This document shows, piece after piece, positions 23,571 to 35,162 of a DNA stretch of 64,000 nt. The position numbers and the translations under genes were made by a program. The DNA comes from Lama glama (lineage: Eukaryota). Position 1 is the stretch's first letter; each line of letters opens with the position of its first letter. The stretch lies in contig CM052839.1 in NCBI GenBank assembly GCA_028534125.1, forward strand, positions 44,082,001 to 44,146,000. The letters are read 5' to 3'. The notes below the pieces were generated by a model. The model worked only from the letters and a program-made list of their open reading frames with translations. It was not told the DNA's origin and ran no database searches.

Positions 23571-26500
23571 GTCATCATATGGGTGGAAGGGACCGCAGGC
23601 AGAGGGGACCCTGGGTAGAAGCAGCCCGGCACTCGCACTGAAGGGCTCGGGACCCAAGCGAGGAGGTGGTCTAGGGCAGAGGAGAGGGGGAAGGACACTG
23701 CAGCATCAGAGCACTGGGGATGACACGATCGGAGTCACTGGCGCCTGCGCCACCACCTGCCCTTGTTGTGATGAGGCAGGGAGGCCATGGGAGGGGGCGA
23801 AGTGGGGGCTTCCTACTGCTCAGCTGGCAAGTGGCAGGGCCTCTCCCACATCCTCCTCGGACCCAGCACCGTTCACTTCTGCATCATCTGTGTGCAGGTG
23901 CACACGCGTGTACTCTCGCCCAGGAGCCCCCTCGCGTCCTCCCAGGCCCAGAGCGTCCTGCTCCCCCGACCTCGGGGTCTGTGGAAGAGTGAGGCTGCCG
24001 GGCCTGGCTCGCAGTGGGCTAGGTCGGGGAGGTGGCAGTGGGCAGACGAGAAATGGCAGCCTCCCTGCCAGGTACTTGGGGCAGCCCGAGATAGTAGCAG
24101 CCAGTCCACAGCATCAGGGAACGGCAGCCCGTGGGGGCACTGTGGTTCCTGCCCTCACCAGGGTTCTCTGCCTTGCTGAGGTTTCATTCTGGATACCCAG
24201 CCCACAGAGCGGAGGCGTGGCTGCCACACAGCAGCTCAGGACCCACCCACGCCCACAAACCACAATGGCTCCCCCGGCACCCCTGGGGCCCCTCAGCACT
24301 AGTGTCTCCCCTCCTCCTCGGGAGCCCCGACTCGGTAGCGGGGCCGGCACTGCCCACTCGCGGGCAGCAGGCTCCCAGCTCCGTCAGACGGACACCTCGG
24401 AGCACAGCCAGCATGAAATATTCATGCAGTAAATGGTGCAATTTTCTCTGCATTCAGCCAACTTCATGTATATTTCAGAGTATTATGAAATGATAATGTT
24501 GTCCAACAGAGGCTGGGGGGCCAGGAGGCAGGCACACGGGCGGGCAGGAAAATTCTCTGGGTGTAGGGCACCCCCAGACCCTTGTCCCTCAGGAGCATGG
24601 AGGCGAAGACAGCCAACTCGCTGAAAAGGGTGAGGAAGAGAATGGGGTGGGGGGGTACACACCAGCTTCCGGCTGGGGGGCAGTGAGGGATGGCCCATGG
24701 GCTGTGGCAGCTCTCGAGGCTCTGGACCAGGAAGGAGACAGTCCACCGTCCACCTCCCCAGGCACCCTCCTGCCCCAAGGGCCCCCTGCTCGCCTCTCCC
24801 CTCTGCCAGCCACAGAGAGCGGGTTTCAGGCCAAAGCCTTGGTGTCCGAGTCAGCACCAGCTGCCTCTGTGCGCCAGGCAGCCGGCGCCTCTGGGGCCGT
24901 TAGTCCTGCCCTAGAGGCCCCAAATGCAGCTCCTCTGGGTTTGTATCCCTCAGGGGCTTCCGTGATGTGGGCAGGACACCAGAGTCAGGCCGAGCCCTCC
25001 TCTGCCCGGAGTCTGATGTGGCCGCTGCTCTGGGGCCGGTGCACCCAGGGGCTGTATGCGCAGTGTCTCGGGAGTGAGGGCACAGCTGGCTTGCTTTCTG
25101 GCTCTGAGACATCTCCTGGGGTCTCAGAAGCCTCTGGGCTGCAGAGACCTCCCAGTGAGAGGAGAAAGTGTTCTCTGGCCTCTGGCCTCCCGGGTGTCTG
25201 TCCTGGGCCAGGGTTCAGGTTCGGGGTCCCTCAGTGGCCACCCCAAGCCTCATTCTTCAGCCACCCAGACAGCCAACCCTAGGTTCTCTGGGCTCTTCTC
25301 CCGGGTCCCATACCAGAGGAAGAGCCCCTGGCTGGGAGGCTCCCTGTTCCAACGGACATGAACCCCAGAGCCTGGCAACCCCAAGTCTCGTCAAGTTGGG
25401 TTGGTACCTGGGTGTCCATGCGCTCTGCCCCTTCCCCACCTCCACAGCTGGGCAGCCCTGGGGCACCATGGTCAGCTGGACCAGGGGTCAACAAGCTAGA
25501 GACCGCGGGGCAGATGGGGCCCACTGCTTGTTTACGTAAATAAAGTTTTATTAGAACCCGGCCCCGCCCGTTCACTCACACAGTGGAGGGCTGCTCCCAC
25601 GCTGTGGCCGCGGGGCGGAGGAGCCAAGCCAGAGGCTGCACAGCTCACAAAGTCCAACCCACGTTCCGGCCGGTCCTTTGCGGAGCGGGTCTGCGGACTC
25701 CTAAGCTGGACAGCAGGACTGGGACGCACTGGCCTGCGGGACTCCTCCAGCCCCGGGGCTGGGAGCTGGCCCTTCCGCCGGAGTCCGAGTGAGAGAACAC
25801 GGGGACTCTGTGCCCTTGGCTGGCGGCGTCCGCCTCCCCTGTGGTCACCGGGTGAGAGTGAATTTCATTCCTGGTGAACCACAGAGCCGCACTGTCCGGC
25901 CTGCGGTCTCCCCAGCAAGGGGAGCGGCCCCTTCCCCCAGTGCCAGCTGGGGCCAGGGGCAGGGGGCGGGGCTGAAGGGCGCACGCACCCGGGGAGACCC
26001 TCCCCTTCTTTCTCTCTCCCGCCTCGTGCCCTGTCTGTCCTTGCTCCCTTGGTGTCCCACCCCACATCCCCCCGTCTGTCTGTCCTCACTCTCACCTGGG
26101 CACTGTCCAGTCTGCAGCTGGCCCTTGCGGCTTGGAAGTCAACCGACTCCTGGCAGAGAGCCTTTCTTCTGGACCTCAGCTGACAACTGTCCCTCCCCTC
26201 TGCCACCAGGTCTGCCCCTTCTCCTTTCTAGGCTCCACGGGGCCACCAGATGCTCACTTGCCCATTCTACAAACACTGACAGCAGCATCTCTGCTTCTGA
26301 GGCCTGAGGAACACCTGCATCAGGACCCGCTGAGGGGGCCTGCCAGGGGCCCAGAGATGCTGGCTCCACCCGGGTCAGTCAAACTCAGCAGAAACTGGCA
26401 TTTACTAATGTCCCTGTGGGACTCGGCCTGGTAACGTGTGAGGCCCTGGGGGATGAGGTGTGCTCAGGCCAGGCCCCCACAGGTCCTTGTAAGAGCTCGG

Positions 26501-26764
26501 ACACGCTGGGCCCTGAGCACGCCCCGCCCCCAGCCCCATCTTTCAGGGGAGGGTGTGATGCGGCCAGGCCAAGGCCAGGGTGGGAGCTGTCCCTCCCAGG
26601 CAGTTGTCACAGGTCCAGACTGCCCACCTCCACCACCCCACGCAGCCACGGTGAGCAGCCTGGGGTGGCGTTGATGACTGCTGCTGTTTATGGCCATCGC
26701 ACGGCTGGGAGGCAGTACGGGGGGTGACTCTGAGCTCAGACGGGGTTGGAGCTGCCCCTGCCAC

Positions 26765-27008
26765 TGTCACTGCCTGAACTGCATCCCCCCAAATTCACGT
26801 GTCAAGTCCCAGCCCGCAGCTCCGTACAAGGTGGCTGTATCTGGAGGCGGGGTCTTCAAAGAGGTAATTAAGGTTAAATGCAGTCGCGCGGGTGGGCCTA
26901 ATGCAACATGACTGGTGTCCTTATGAGACGAGATCAGGACACAGACAGGCACAGAAGGACGACCACGTGAGGGCACGGGGATAAGACGGCCGTCTCTACG
27001 CCCAGGAG
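26765..27008 (+). mobile_element. MLT1 (MLT1B-like) MaLR LTR, runs into gap
   Basis: 'ccccccaaattcacgtgtcaagtcc...gtcttcaaagaggtaattaaggttaaatg...gactggtgtccttatgag...ggacacagac...gacgaccacgtgagg'. Confidence 0.9.
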
Positions 27009-27809
27009 NNNNNNNNNNNNNNNNNNNNNNNNNNNNNNNNNNNNNNNNNNNNNNNNNNNNNNNNNNNNNNNNNNNNNNNNNNNNNNNNNNNNNNNNNNNN
27101 NNNNNNNNNNNNNNNNNNNNNNNNNNNNNNNNNNNNNNNNNNNNNNNNNNNNNNNNNNNNNNNNNNNNNNNNNNNNNNNNNNNNNNNNNNNNNNNNNNNN
27201 NNNNNNNNNNNNNNNNNNNNNNNNNNNNNNNNNNNNNNNNNNNNNNNNNNNNNNNNNNNNNNNNNNNNNNNNNNNNNNNNNNNNNNNNNNNNNNNNNNNN
27301 NNNNNNNNNNNNNNNNNNNNNNNNNNNNNNNNNNNNNNNNNNNNNNNNNNNNNNNNNNNNNNNNNNNNNNNNNNNNNNNNNNNNNNNNNNNNNNNNNNNN
27401 NNNNNNNNNNNNNNNNNNNNNNNNNNNNNNNNNNNNNNNNNNNNNNNNNNNNNNNNNNNNNNNNNNNNNNNNNNNNNNNNNNNNNNNNNNNNNNNNNNNN
27501 NNNNNNNNGCCCGTGGGCTGCGTTTCATCAGAAGAAACCAGAGGACCTGGGTGTTTCTTTCCATTCACCCTAGGCAGGGGCACGGCTCGGACAAACTGGG
27601 AAAGCTGGGGGGCCACCCTCCTCTGTTCAGGGCTCCTTCTCCTCCTTCCAACCCCATCCAGCCACTGTTGTGAGCAAGCGAGCCTCTCACAGGAGGCCCC
27701 TCTAAGGGAAGCAAAGGATGACTGCAGATCATACGCAGCCCAGGACCAAGAAGCCCACCGCCTCCGCCATCTGCAAGCCCTCCGAGCGCAGAGCCTGGGC
27801 CTTCCTGCT

Positions 27810-28134
27810 GCGGGAACCCCGCAAGCCTCGGGTGCCCAGGAAACAGTGGCGGCCAGACACAAAGGGCCCTGTGTTACATGATTCTGTTAACGTGAAATGT
27901 CCAGCAGGGACATCCAGGGACAGAGGGCAGATTAGGGGCTGTTGGGGGCTGGGGGGAGGGGGGAAGCGGAGTGACTGCTTAATGCATATGGGGTTTCTTT
28001 TCGGGGAAATGAAAACGTTCTGGAACTAGAGAGTGGTGACGGTTGCACAACTTTGTGAATGTACTAAAAACCATGGAACTGCACACTTTCTAAGGGTGTA
28101 TTTATGGCATGTGAATTACACTTCAATTAAAAAA
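27810..28134 (+). mobile_element. L1M (L1MB-like) 3' UTR fragment with A-rich end
   Basis: 'gccagacacaaaggg...gagtgactgcttaatg...ggggtttcttttcggggaaatgaaaacgttctggaactaga..gtggtgacggttgcacaactttgtgaatgtactaaaaacc...gaattacacttcaattaaaaaa'. Confidence 0.9.
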
Positions 28135-28469
28135 GAGACCACAGATATGAACTATATAGTTAGAAAAAAAAGGAAAGAAAGAAGGAAAACGGGGAGGAAG
28201 GGAAGAGGGAGGAAGAAGTGGAGGTGGGATGAAAGAGCCAAGCTTGCTTCCCCCTTATCCACCCCCCCAACATTCTTGCCTTTTGAGCCTCAGAGCCCCA
28301 CAGAGGCTGTGACGGAGACCCCACCCCATCTTTGTCACCTGTGGCTGCTCAGCCACTTGCCTGCCGGGCCGTGGAGGGGTGCCCGGCTGGGGGTGTTGGA
28401 AGGGGCAGTGGTTCAGGCGGAAATTGACCGTTCGCCCCCCGAGGCTGCCCGCAGAAGGAGGGCAGGGTC

Positions 28470-28790
28470 TCAGTCACGTAGTGAACATCCACTGAGCATC
28501 TTCCTGCACCAGGCGCTGTCCTAGGTGCTGGGGAAACACAGTGGACAGAACCAACGGCCCTTCCCTCGTCAAGGCAGACGAGGGCACCAGGACAGTGTAG
28601 AGCCCGTCAAGGGGAGGGCGTTGCTGCATTTCTAAATGGCTTAATAACAGTCAAGAAAGGTCTCATGAGAGAGCAAAGTCTTGAGGGAAGTAAGAAGGCC
28701 TGTGAGGCATCTGGGGACTGGCACCCTCGGCGGAAGCCACAGCAGGAACAGAAGTCAGGACACTGGAGCTACGTGGGGAGAAACGGGCGC
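28470..28790 (-). mobile_element. L2 LINE 3' fragment
   Basis: 'cactgagcatcttcctgcaccaggcgctgtcctaggtgctggggaaacacagtggaca' matches the reverse-complement L2 tail. Confidence 0.8.
28512..28532 (-). promoter_or_regulatory. RE1/NRSE (REST) motif inside L2
   Basis: Minus strand CCCAGCACCTAGGACAGCGCC vs consensus TTCAGCACCnnGGACAGCGCC; differs only at the first two positions. Confidence 0.6.
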
Positions 28791-29579
28791 CCCCTGCTCA
28801 GGCAGGCGTGTGCACCCCCAGCCCGTTTCAGGTGCCCCCTGACCCACTCCTTTCTTGAGGTGTTTTCCTTACTGAGCCCCATGCCTGGAACCGCCCGGCC
28901 CTCTGTGAGGCCCTCCCAGGGGGCGCAGAGGTGACCTGTGACCTTTCCACCCCTCCCTCAGAAGCCCCGCTCCCCTCACCTCCCACTGCCTGCCTCCAGC
29001 CCCCCCCCACGCACCTCCCTGGCCAGGTGTTTGTGAGAGTGGCTTGGGGACGCCGGGGGTCTGGGGCACGTGGGCCTCTGCCTCCTCTGGAGCTGTCTTC
29101 CCATCTACTTTGCAAATGAGCTCTGGAGCGCGTTTATTCTGGAGCTCGCAGAATCCAGGAGGGGCAGCCTCCAGGTGCAGCCGGGCTCAGACCAGATGTT
29201 CAGGGAGGACGAGAGGTGAAGGTGTTAAGCTTCCAGAGGGCGTAGCCAAATGTTCACATCTGCCTGGGGCACTTGCCCTGGTCTAGCCCAACAGACCTGA
29301 AAGGAGGCTGGAGGAGGGGGCAGGACCCGAGGGTCCTCTGCTGGTGTGTGCAGCCTTCTGGCATCCACAAGAGGGCTCCTGGGCCAGAGAGGGAGGGGGA
29401 GGCCTTTCTCCACCAAGGAGCCAGAGCCTGGGGACTCACGAGGGCTGAGGTCACATGGTCGGGGTCACAGCCACCAGAGCAAACCACTCAGCACACAGGA
29501 GCACCAACCTCAGGCCAGAGACCATGATTCCACAGGGATCTGCCTTCTCCATCACTCATATGTCAGCATGTGGGCACAC

Positions 29580-30060
29580 TTCTGCAAAATCTTTCTTTAT
29601 CCCTTCCCGCCTTATACCCACTACCTGCTGGGTCAGGGCCCATCACCTCTTGCCCAAGCCTCTGTCCCAGCTGTTGCCTGGTCTGCAGTCATCTCCCTAC
29701 TCCAGATTAATCTTCCTTACCCATAGAGCTGATCATGTCCCTGCCCTGCTCAAAGACCTTTCATGGCTCCCTATTACCTACTGAAAAAAAGTCCAAATTT
29801 CTCAGCCTAGACTTAGAACCATTCCCATTGTCATTCTCTCCCTTACACCCCGGGTTCCAGGCAGTCCAGGAACGCACCCTGTGACTTTGCCAAGGTCATA
29901 GCCAGGAACGCACCCAACTCTCTGTCTTTCCACATAAACTGCTGCCACCCTTCGGGATGGCCCCGCCACGGGTCTCAGCCCCCCATCGACACTCAGGGCA
30001 CAGCCCAGCTCCTCCGAGCCTCCTCCCAGATGCCCCAGTTGGAACTTGCCTCATTCCTTG
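29580..30060 (+). mobile_element. L2 LINE fragment
   Basis: 'ctgatcatgtccctgccctgctcaaagacctttcatggctccctattacctac...aaagtccaaatttctcagcct'. Confidence 0.8.
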
Positions 30061-30065
30061 CAGAC

Positions 30066-30382
30066 CTGCGCTGTCCAAGATGGCGGCCACCAGCCACACA
30101 TGGCTACCAAGCATTTGAAATGCTGCTGGTCCGACGTGCCATGAGCCGCAAAAGAAAAACACTCAGTGGATTTCAAAGATTCAGCATGAAGAAAGAATGC
30201 TAATTCTTATAAATCTCTGTGATGTTTAGTCGTTAAATGTGGGAATGAAAATATTTTGGATTGGGTGAAATGAAATATGTCATTAAAATGAATTTCACCC
30301 GTGTTTTTTCACCCTGGTAAACTCAAACGCAGCTACTAGAAAACTCAGCATCATGGGAGGCTCCCACTCTATGAGCAGTGCT
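30066..30382. mobile_element. MER33 hAT-Charlie DNA transposon
   Basis: 'ctgcgctgtccaagatggcggccaccagccacacatggcta..aagcatttgaaatg...ggatttcaaaga...aatattttgga...attaaaatgaatttcacc...gctactagaaaa'. Confidence 0.85.
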
Positions 30383-30391
30383 CCTTTGGGC

Positions 30392-30590
30392 CAGAGGTCG
30401 ACAAACTTTTCCAGCAAATATTTTCGCTTTGCGGCCCATGTGGTCTCTGTTGCACCTGCTCAGCTCCGTTGCTGTGGTGTGAGAGCTGTCACAGACGCAC
30501 ATAAACAAATGGATGTGGCCATGTTCCAACGGAACTTTTTTAAAAGATAAAAACAGACGGTAGGATGGATTTGGCCCAACAATCCCCACT
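30392..30590. mobile_element. MER58A hAT-Charlie DNA transposon
   Basis: 'cagaggtcgacaaactttt..aaatattttcgctttgcggcccatgtggtctctgttgca...aaatggatgtggccatgttccaa...ggatttggccc'. Confidence 0.9.
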
Positions 30591-30976
30591 CAGTATCACT
30601 GGTTTCCAGACTTTTGAAAAGCGCTACTTAGTAAAATGCATTTAAAAGGGGATGGGCGGTGGATTTGAATTGCCAACCTTTTGTCTGAGCAGTAAGGACA
30701 TTTAAAAAAATGAACAGTGGGTATCACCATCATTTAACAAAAACTGGCATTTTATACACAAAAGTGGATAGACTGATCTTTATGAAAAATGTTATCACAC
30801 TTAGAGTCTTAGCTTTCCCACTTTGCCAGGCGTCGGGAGGTAGTGGAGACTTTGCCAAGGTCGTAGCCTGTCTGTAGACGGGCATTGGGGGCTGGTGGGG
30901 CTCTGAGACCTGCAGCCACTGGAGGGATCCGAAGCCCACCCCACCCACACTGCCTGACGCGCACCAAGTTCTAGAG

Positions 30977-31108
30977 CAGCAGGGGCCCCCAAACCCCCCG
31001 AGCCACGCCGAGTCCGATGGAGGAGGTTTAGGGAGCCTGAGGGTCTGCGTTTCTAGAAAAGCCGGCTCCCTGTGCTGCTGGTCCGAACACCAGACTGTGA
31101 GCAGCGAG
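30977..31108. mobile_element. MER5A-like element, internally deleted and diverged
   Basis: 'tctgcgtttctagaaaag...tgctgctggtccgaacaccagactgtgagcagc' resembles the MER5A end; flanked by ttctagag (30969) and gtctagag (31109). Confidence 0.6.
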
Positions 31109-31116
31109 GTCTAGAG

Positions 31117-31470
31117 CCGTGTTGTCCAACTTTCTGTGATGATGGAAAAGTTCTAGCTCCGTCCTGCACACTCCTCAGGACGCCACGTGAGGGCGGAGCC
31201 CTGGAAGCACAGCTGGTCTGAGTGCAGATGTGTGGTCACGTGCAAAACCTACCCCAGGCTTCAAAGACTTAGTACAAAACCAAGAATGCAAACTGTCTCA
31301 GTAATTATTTCATACTCGTCACAGACAATGGGATATCTGGAATGTACTGCGTTAAATAAAACGTATTAGTGAAACTCATCTCATCTGTTTCTTTTCACTT
31401 CTTCTGAGTGGCTACCAGAAAATGTAAACTTTCCTGCTGGCTGGCACCACATTTTTAGCAGACAGCATTG
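31117..31470. mobile_element. MER3/MER33-family hAT element with 8-bp target-site duplication
   Basis: MER3-type start 'tgttgtccaactttctgtgatgatggaaaagttcta', MER33-type body, end 'gacagcattg'; TSD gtctagag / ctctagag. Confidence 0.8.
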
Positions 31471-34400
31471 CTCTAGAGCCCCTGAGGCAGAGAGCCGGTC
31501 GGCCTCTGTTGCATTCCTCTGGTGACGGGGAACTTACTACCAATGTGACAACCAATGCTAAAGCTGGGAGATGCTGGTTAGAAATGTCCTTAGAGATTTT
31601 TCTTTAAGCCCACTGCTTGTTTCCCTCTCTGCTCCTCCAGGTGGGGAGGGTCTGTTCCCCGTATGTGCCAACCTGCTGACCTTTGACAATGGTCAGCAGA
31701 GATCAGGGTGAAATCCCCTGGTGGCCTTTAGCTGATCCTTCTGGTTGCCCTTCCTAGAATACACGTGGTTTGGCAGTAACTTCCCCCCACAATACAACAT
31801 GTGGGACGGGAAAACCCCACCCATTCGTTCACTTCTACCCCCACTTCCAGGTTTGGGAGGCCCCGCCCCGGTCCTGTTTGCTCACTTACTGACAGAGGAG
31901 TAAGACGCTGGAGGAGAAGGGCAGGCCGGACAGAGCTGCAATGAGAACTTGGAGGTTCCTGGTTCTTAATCCAGGCCTCTCCCCACCCTGCAGCTCAAGA
32001 TGGATTAAGTTTTACACCTTCGGGGACGATTTCTGTGTGTGTCATCTTGGGGACCCCCTCATACCTGTACCAGGCTGTGCGCACACCACACACAGAAGCT
32101 CCGGAGCTGTCTTCCGCCTTCTCAACACACACAACCCTATGCACGCACACACCCAGCACATGTGCACACAATATACAAGCTCACTATACACACTCACACA
32201 CAAGCATGCTCTCGGCCCCCTTCGCACAGCACAGGCACAGGTAACATCTGTCTAAGTGAGGCTGCATCCTGGGAGCCGGGACGCAGGCACAGCAGAGCAG
32301 AGGCTCCCCCCGGGAGGGGAGACGGCGCAAGTCCCGGCAGGACGCAGCCTTCACCCTGGCGCCGCTCCCTCTGTCCCCTGCTCAGCTGAAGTGCTCTCCG
32401 CCCTGCCCCGCGGCCCCCACCCCGTGTCTCCCACGTCCCCCCATCGCTGGTCTTATCTGCCTTTCTGTGGATCCGCGCCCTCCCTCCTGCGCTGGACCGA
32501 GCTCTGTGAGGGCAGGGGGACGCCCGGCTGGGTGACACACAGGGGCCCCGGCGCTGCCCACCGAGTGAAGGCTAGATGCTACTTTGGCTCATCCCCGAGT
32601 GTCCTGTGACTTGCTGACCGGACCCTCGCTCTGCACGTGAGCCCACAAAGGCCCAGAGACCGGAGTGTGCTTTAGGCCACAGGGCCGGTCACGGAGGGGC
32701 CAGGACAGCCAATGCCTGCTTCCACCCGTCCCCCTCCTGGGGTGACAAGGGGGAACTTGTGGCTGCTCTGAGGCTGATGTGGGACAGATCCCCTCAGGAC
32801 CACCTGGCGTGGGTGACCCTAGGGGACCCAGTGGGACCAGCCCTGCACTGGCTCCGGGAGAGGGACCACGTGGCCTCCTTCCCGCTTGAGGGAACAGTCC
32901 CCTCCCAGGTGTCCACCCAGGCTCCCCGCTGCTCCCCTGGACAAGCTCCCCACAGTCAGACACAGAGCTGACTCACCACACCCGGGGACACCTGAGCTGC
33001 CTGCTGGGCTGATTAAGAGGCTGGACACCAGGCCCGGGTGGGTGGTGATGGGGCAGGTACGGGTTGGGGAAGCACGCAGGAGCCTCTGCAGCCCCAAAAG
33101 CCCCCCGGAAGGGAAGAGAAGATGACATAAAATCCCAACACAGAGGCCTGGACACAGAAGCCCCCTCCGGGAACCGGGAAGGGGAGACGTTGGCTGGCTC
33201 CCGCCTCTGACCACCCGGCTGGGCTCTGGACAGGTCCTCACAGCTGCGGCGGGAGAGATGTGCTTGCCACACTCAGAACCAGTTTACTCTGGTTGAGTGG
33301 GACCTGGGAGCCCCAGGAAGCAGAGAACAGGGGGCTTTTACCCCCAACTCCACACCCAGGGCCTGCGGCAGCGTCCAGCACAAACAGCTACTCCGTAAAT
33401 AATTCATGCTGCTGCCCCCCCCCCCCGCTTCTTGGTCGGCTCCCTGACCTGCTCAAGGGTCCCCGAGGTGTGCAGACCTTGCTGGCTCCCTGGAGCTCCT
33501 GGCCTGGGGAGGGGGCAGTGCTGGCTCCTCCCGCCTCGTAGAGGCTGCCAGCCTGTCTCTGTCACAGCTGGTGGGGACCCTGCTGTGGCAGGTGGGCTGG
33601 CACCAGAGCCACCCAAGGCTCTCTGGAGTGCCCAAGGCCTCTTGCCCAAGCCTGAGTCCCAGCCCCACCCAGTCTCCTTCCAGAACTGGACTTGCTCCCT
33701 GAGGGCCCTGGACACCAAGGGCCACGCTCAGCTGCACTGGTGACACAAAAGGTCAGAGTCCGTCCTGTGGTCCCAATGAAATGCAATTCATACCATAACG
33801 GTCTGGCTGATGGGTTGGCAGGCTGCGAGGGGGCCGGAAGGGGCCGTATGGGCGGGCCAGAGTCTGGAGGATGAGGTGGGGCTGGAATTCCCTGGGAGGA
33901 ACTCAGGGGCGAAGGGGAGAAGCAGAGAGAAAATGAATCTGGGAGAAGTGAGAAGGCAGGCCAGGGGGAAGGAGGGCAGAGGGCGCAGAGGCCCAGCAGC
34001 AGGGAATGTTCCAGGGGCAACAACTGACAGGAAGGCAGAAGAGGAAGGCTGCGGACTCGGGGGGCGGGGTCCCAAGATAGGGGAGAGGCAGGAGGAGAGA
34101 CAGCAACGTGCAGCCTCACTGGGGCCCCCAGGAGCCCGGGGTGACCGCCAAGCCCCGGCCTCGGGGAGTAAGGGAGCCCCTTCTGCAGGTCCGCACTGCA
34201 CTGCTGCTTCAGGGCCTGGGAGGGACTCACCCCGGTCACACACAGGCCCCCAGCTGCCCACTTCCCTCCTGACGCCTGCCCTGCCTCCGGAATCATGGCC
34301 TTTGGTCCGAGGTCCGAGGTGCGTGCAGGGTGCTGCCCCCAAGCTGGCCTGAGGCCCTGCCAGCCTCCTGCCCTCCCTTAGGAACCTGATACTCTGCTCT

Positions 34401-35049
34401 GAGCTGCCTGCGGGTGGCTGTCCCCAGGACAGAGGACATGAGACAGGGGGTGCCTGGGCTGGGACCTCGGCCTCGCCTCCTCCAAGGACGGCGGCGTTCT
34501 GTGATCTCCAAGTTCCTGACGGCTGGTCTGGGAGGCTGTGGGCACCGGCCGCGCCGGGGTAGAGGCGAGGCCGCAGGCACCGTCTGCCGGCTGCGGCGTT
34601 CTTCCCTGCCCTCTGCCGACCTCCCGGCGCGCCAGCTGGCTGTGGGCTGAGCCCACGCCTGCCACGCCTGCTCCTCTGCCCCGGAGAAGCCTGTCCCCAG
34701 TCCTGAGCACCCGCCACCTCTGGGCAGGGATGCCCCACAGGAGGGTTGGGGGTCTGAGGCCGCTCTGCTCGTCCGAATACCCTACACTAAGCGGCGTCCA
34801 TCTGTGCCCAGCGCTGTACCCCCTCGGCCACCACTCCTTGCCACACTCACTGCCCGACCAGCCAGACGCAGCTCCGCACTCCCCATTCTTCAAAGAAACC
34901 CACTTACGCTGCGGAGCAAGGTACGATAGGCCAGGACCCGCGGGCTTAGGAGGCAGGCTGCCCCCACCGCCTCCAACTGCAGGCTGCAGCCGAGCTGTTT
35001 CTCGTTTGCACCCGGCGGAGAAGGCGGCCGGAGAAGTCCCCGCTCCTCA

Positions 35050-35162
35050 CTAGAATGTGGGTCTGGGGTCTGGCTGCCTGGGCTCGAACCCAGGCTCTGC
35101 TCGTCAGCGGTTTTACGAGAGCCATTACCTAACCTCTCTGTGCCGCAGTTCCCTCGACTGGG
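35050..35162 (+). mobile_element. MIR SINE
   Basis: 'gctgcctgggctcgaacccaggctctgc...ttacctaacctctctgtgccgcagttccctc'. Confidence 0.85.
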
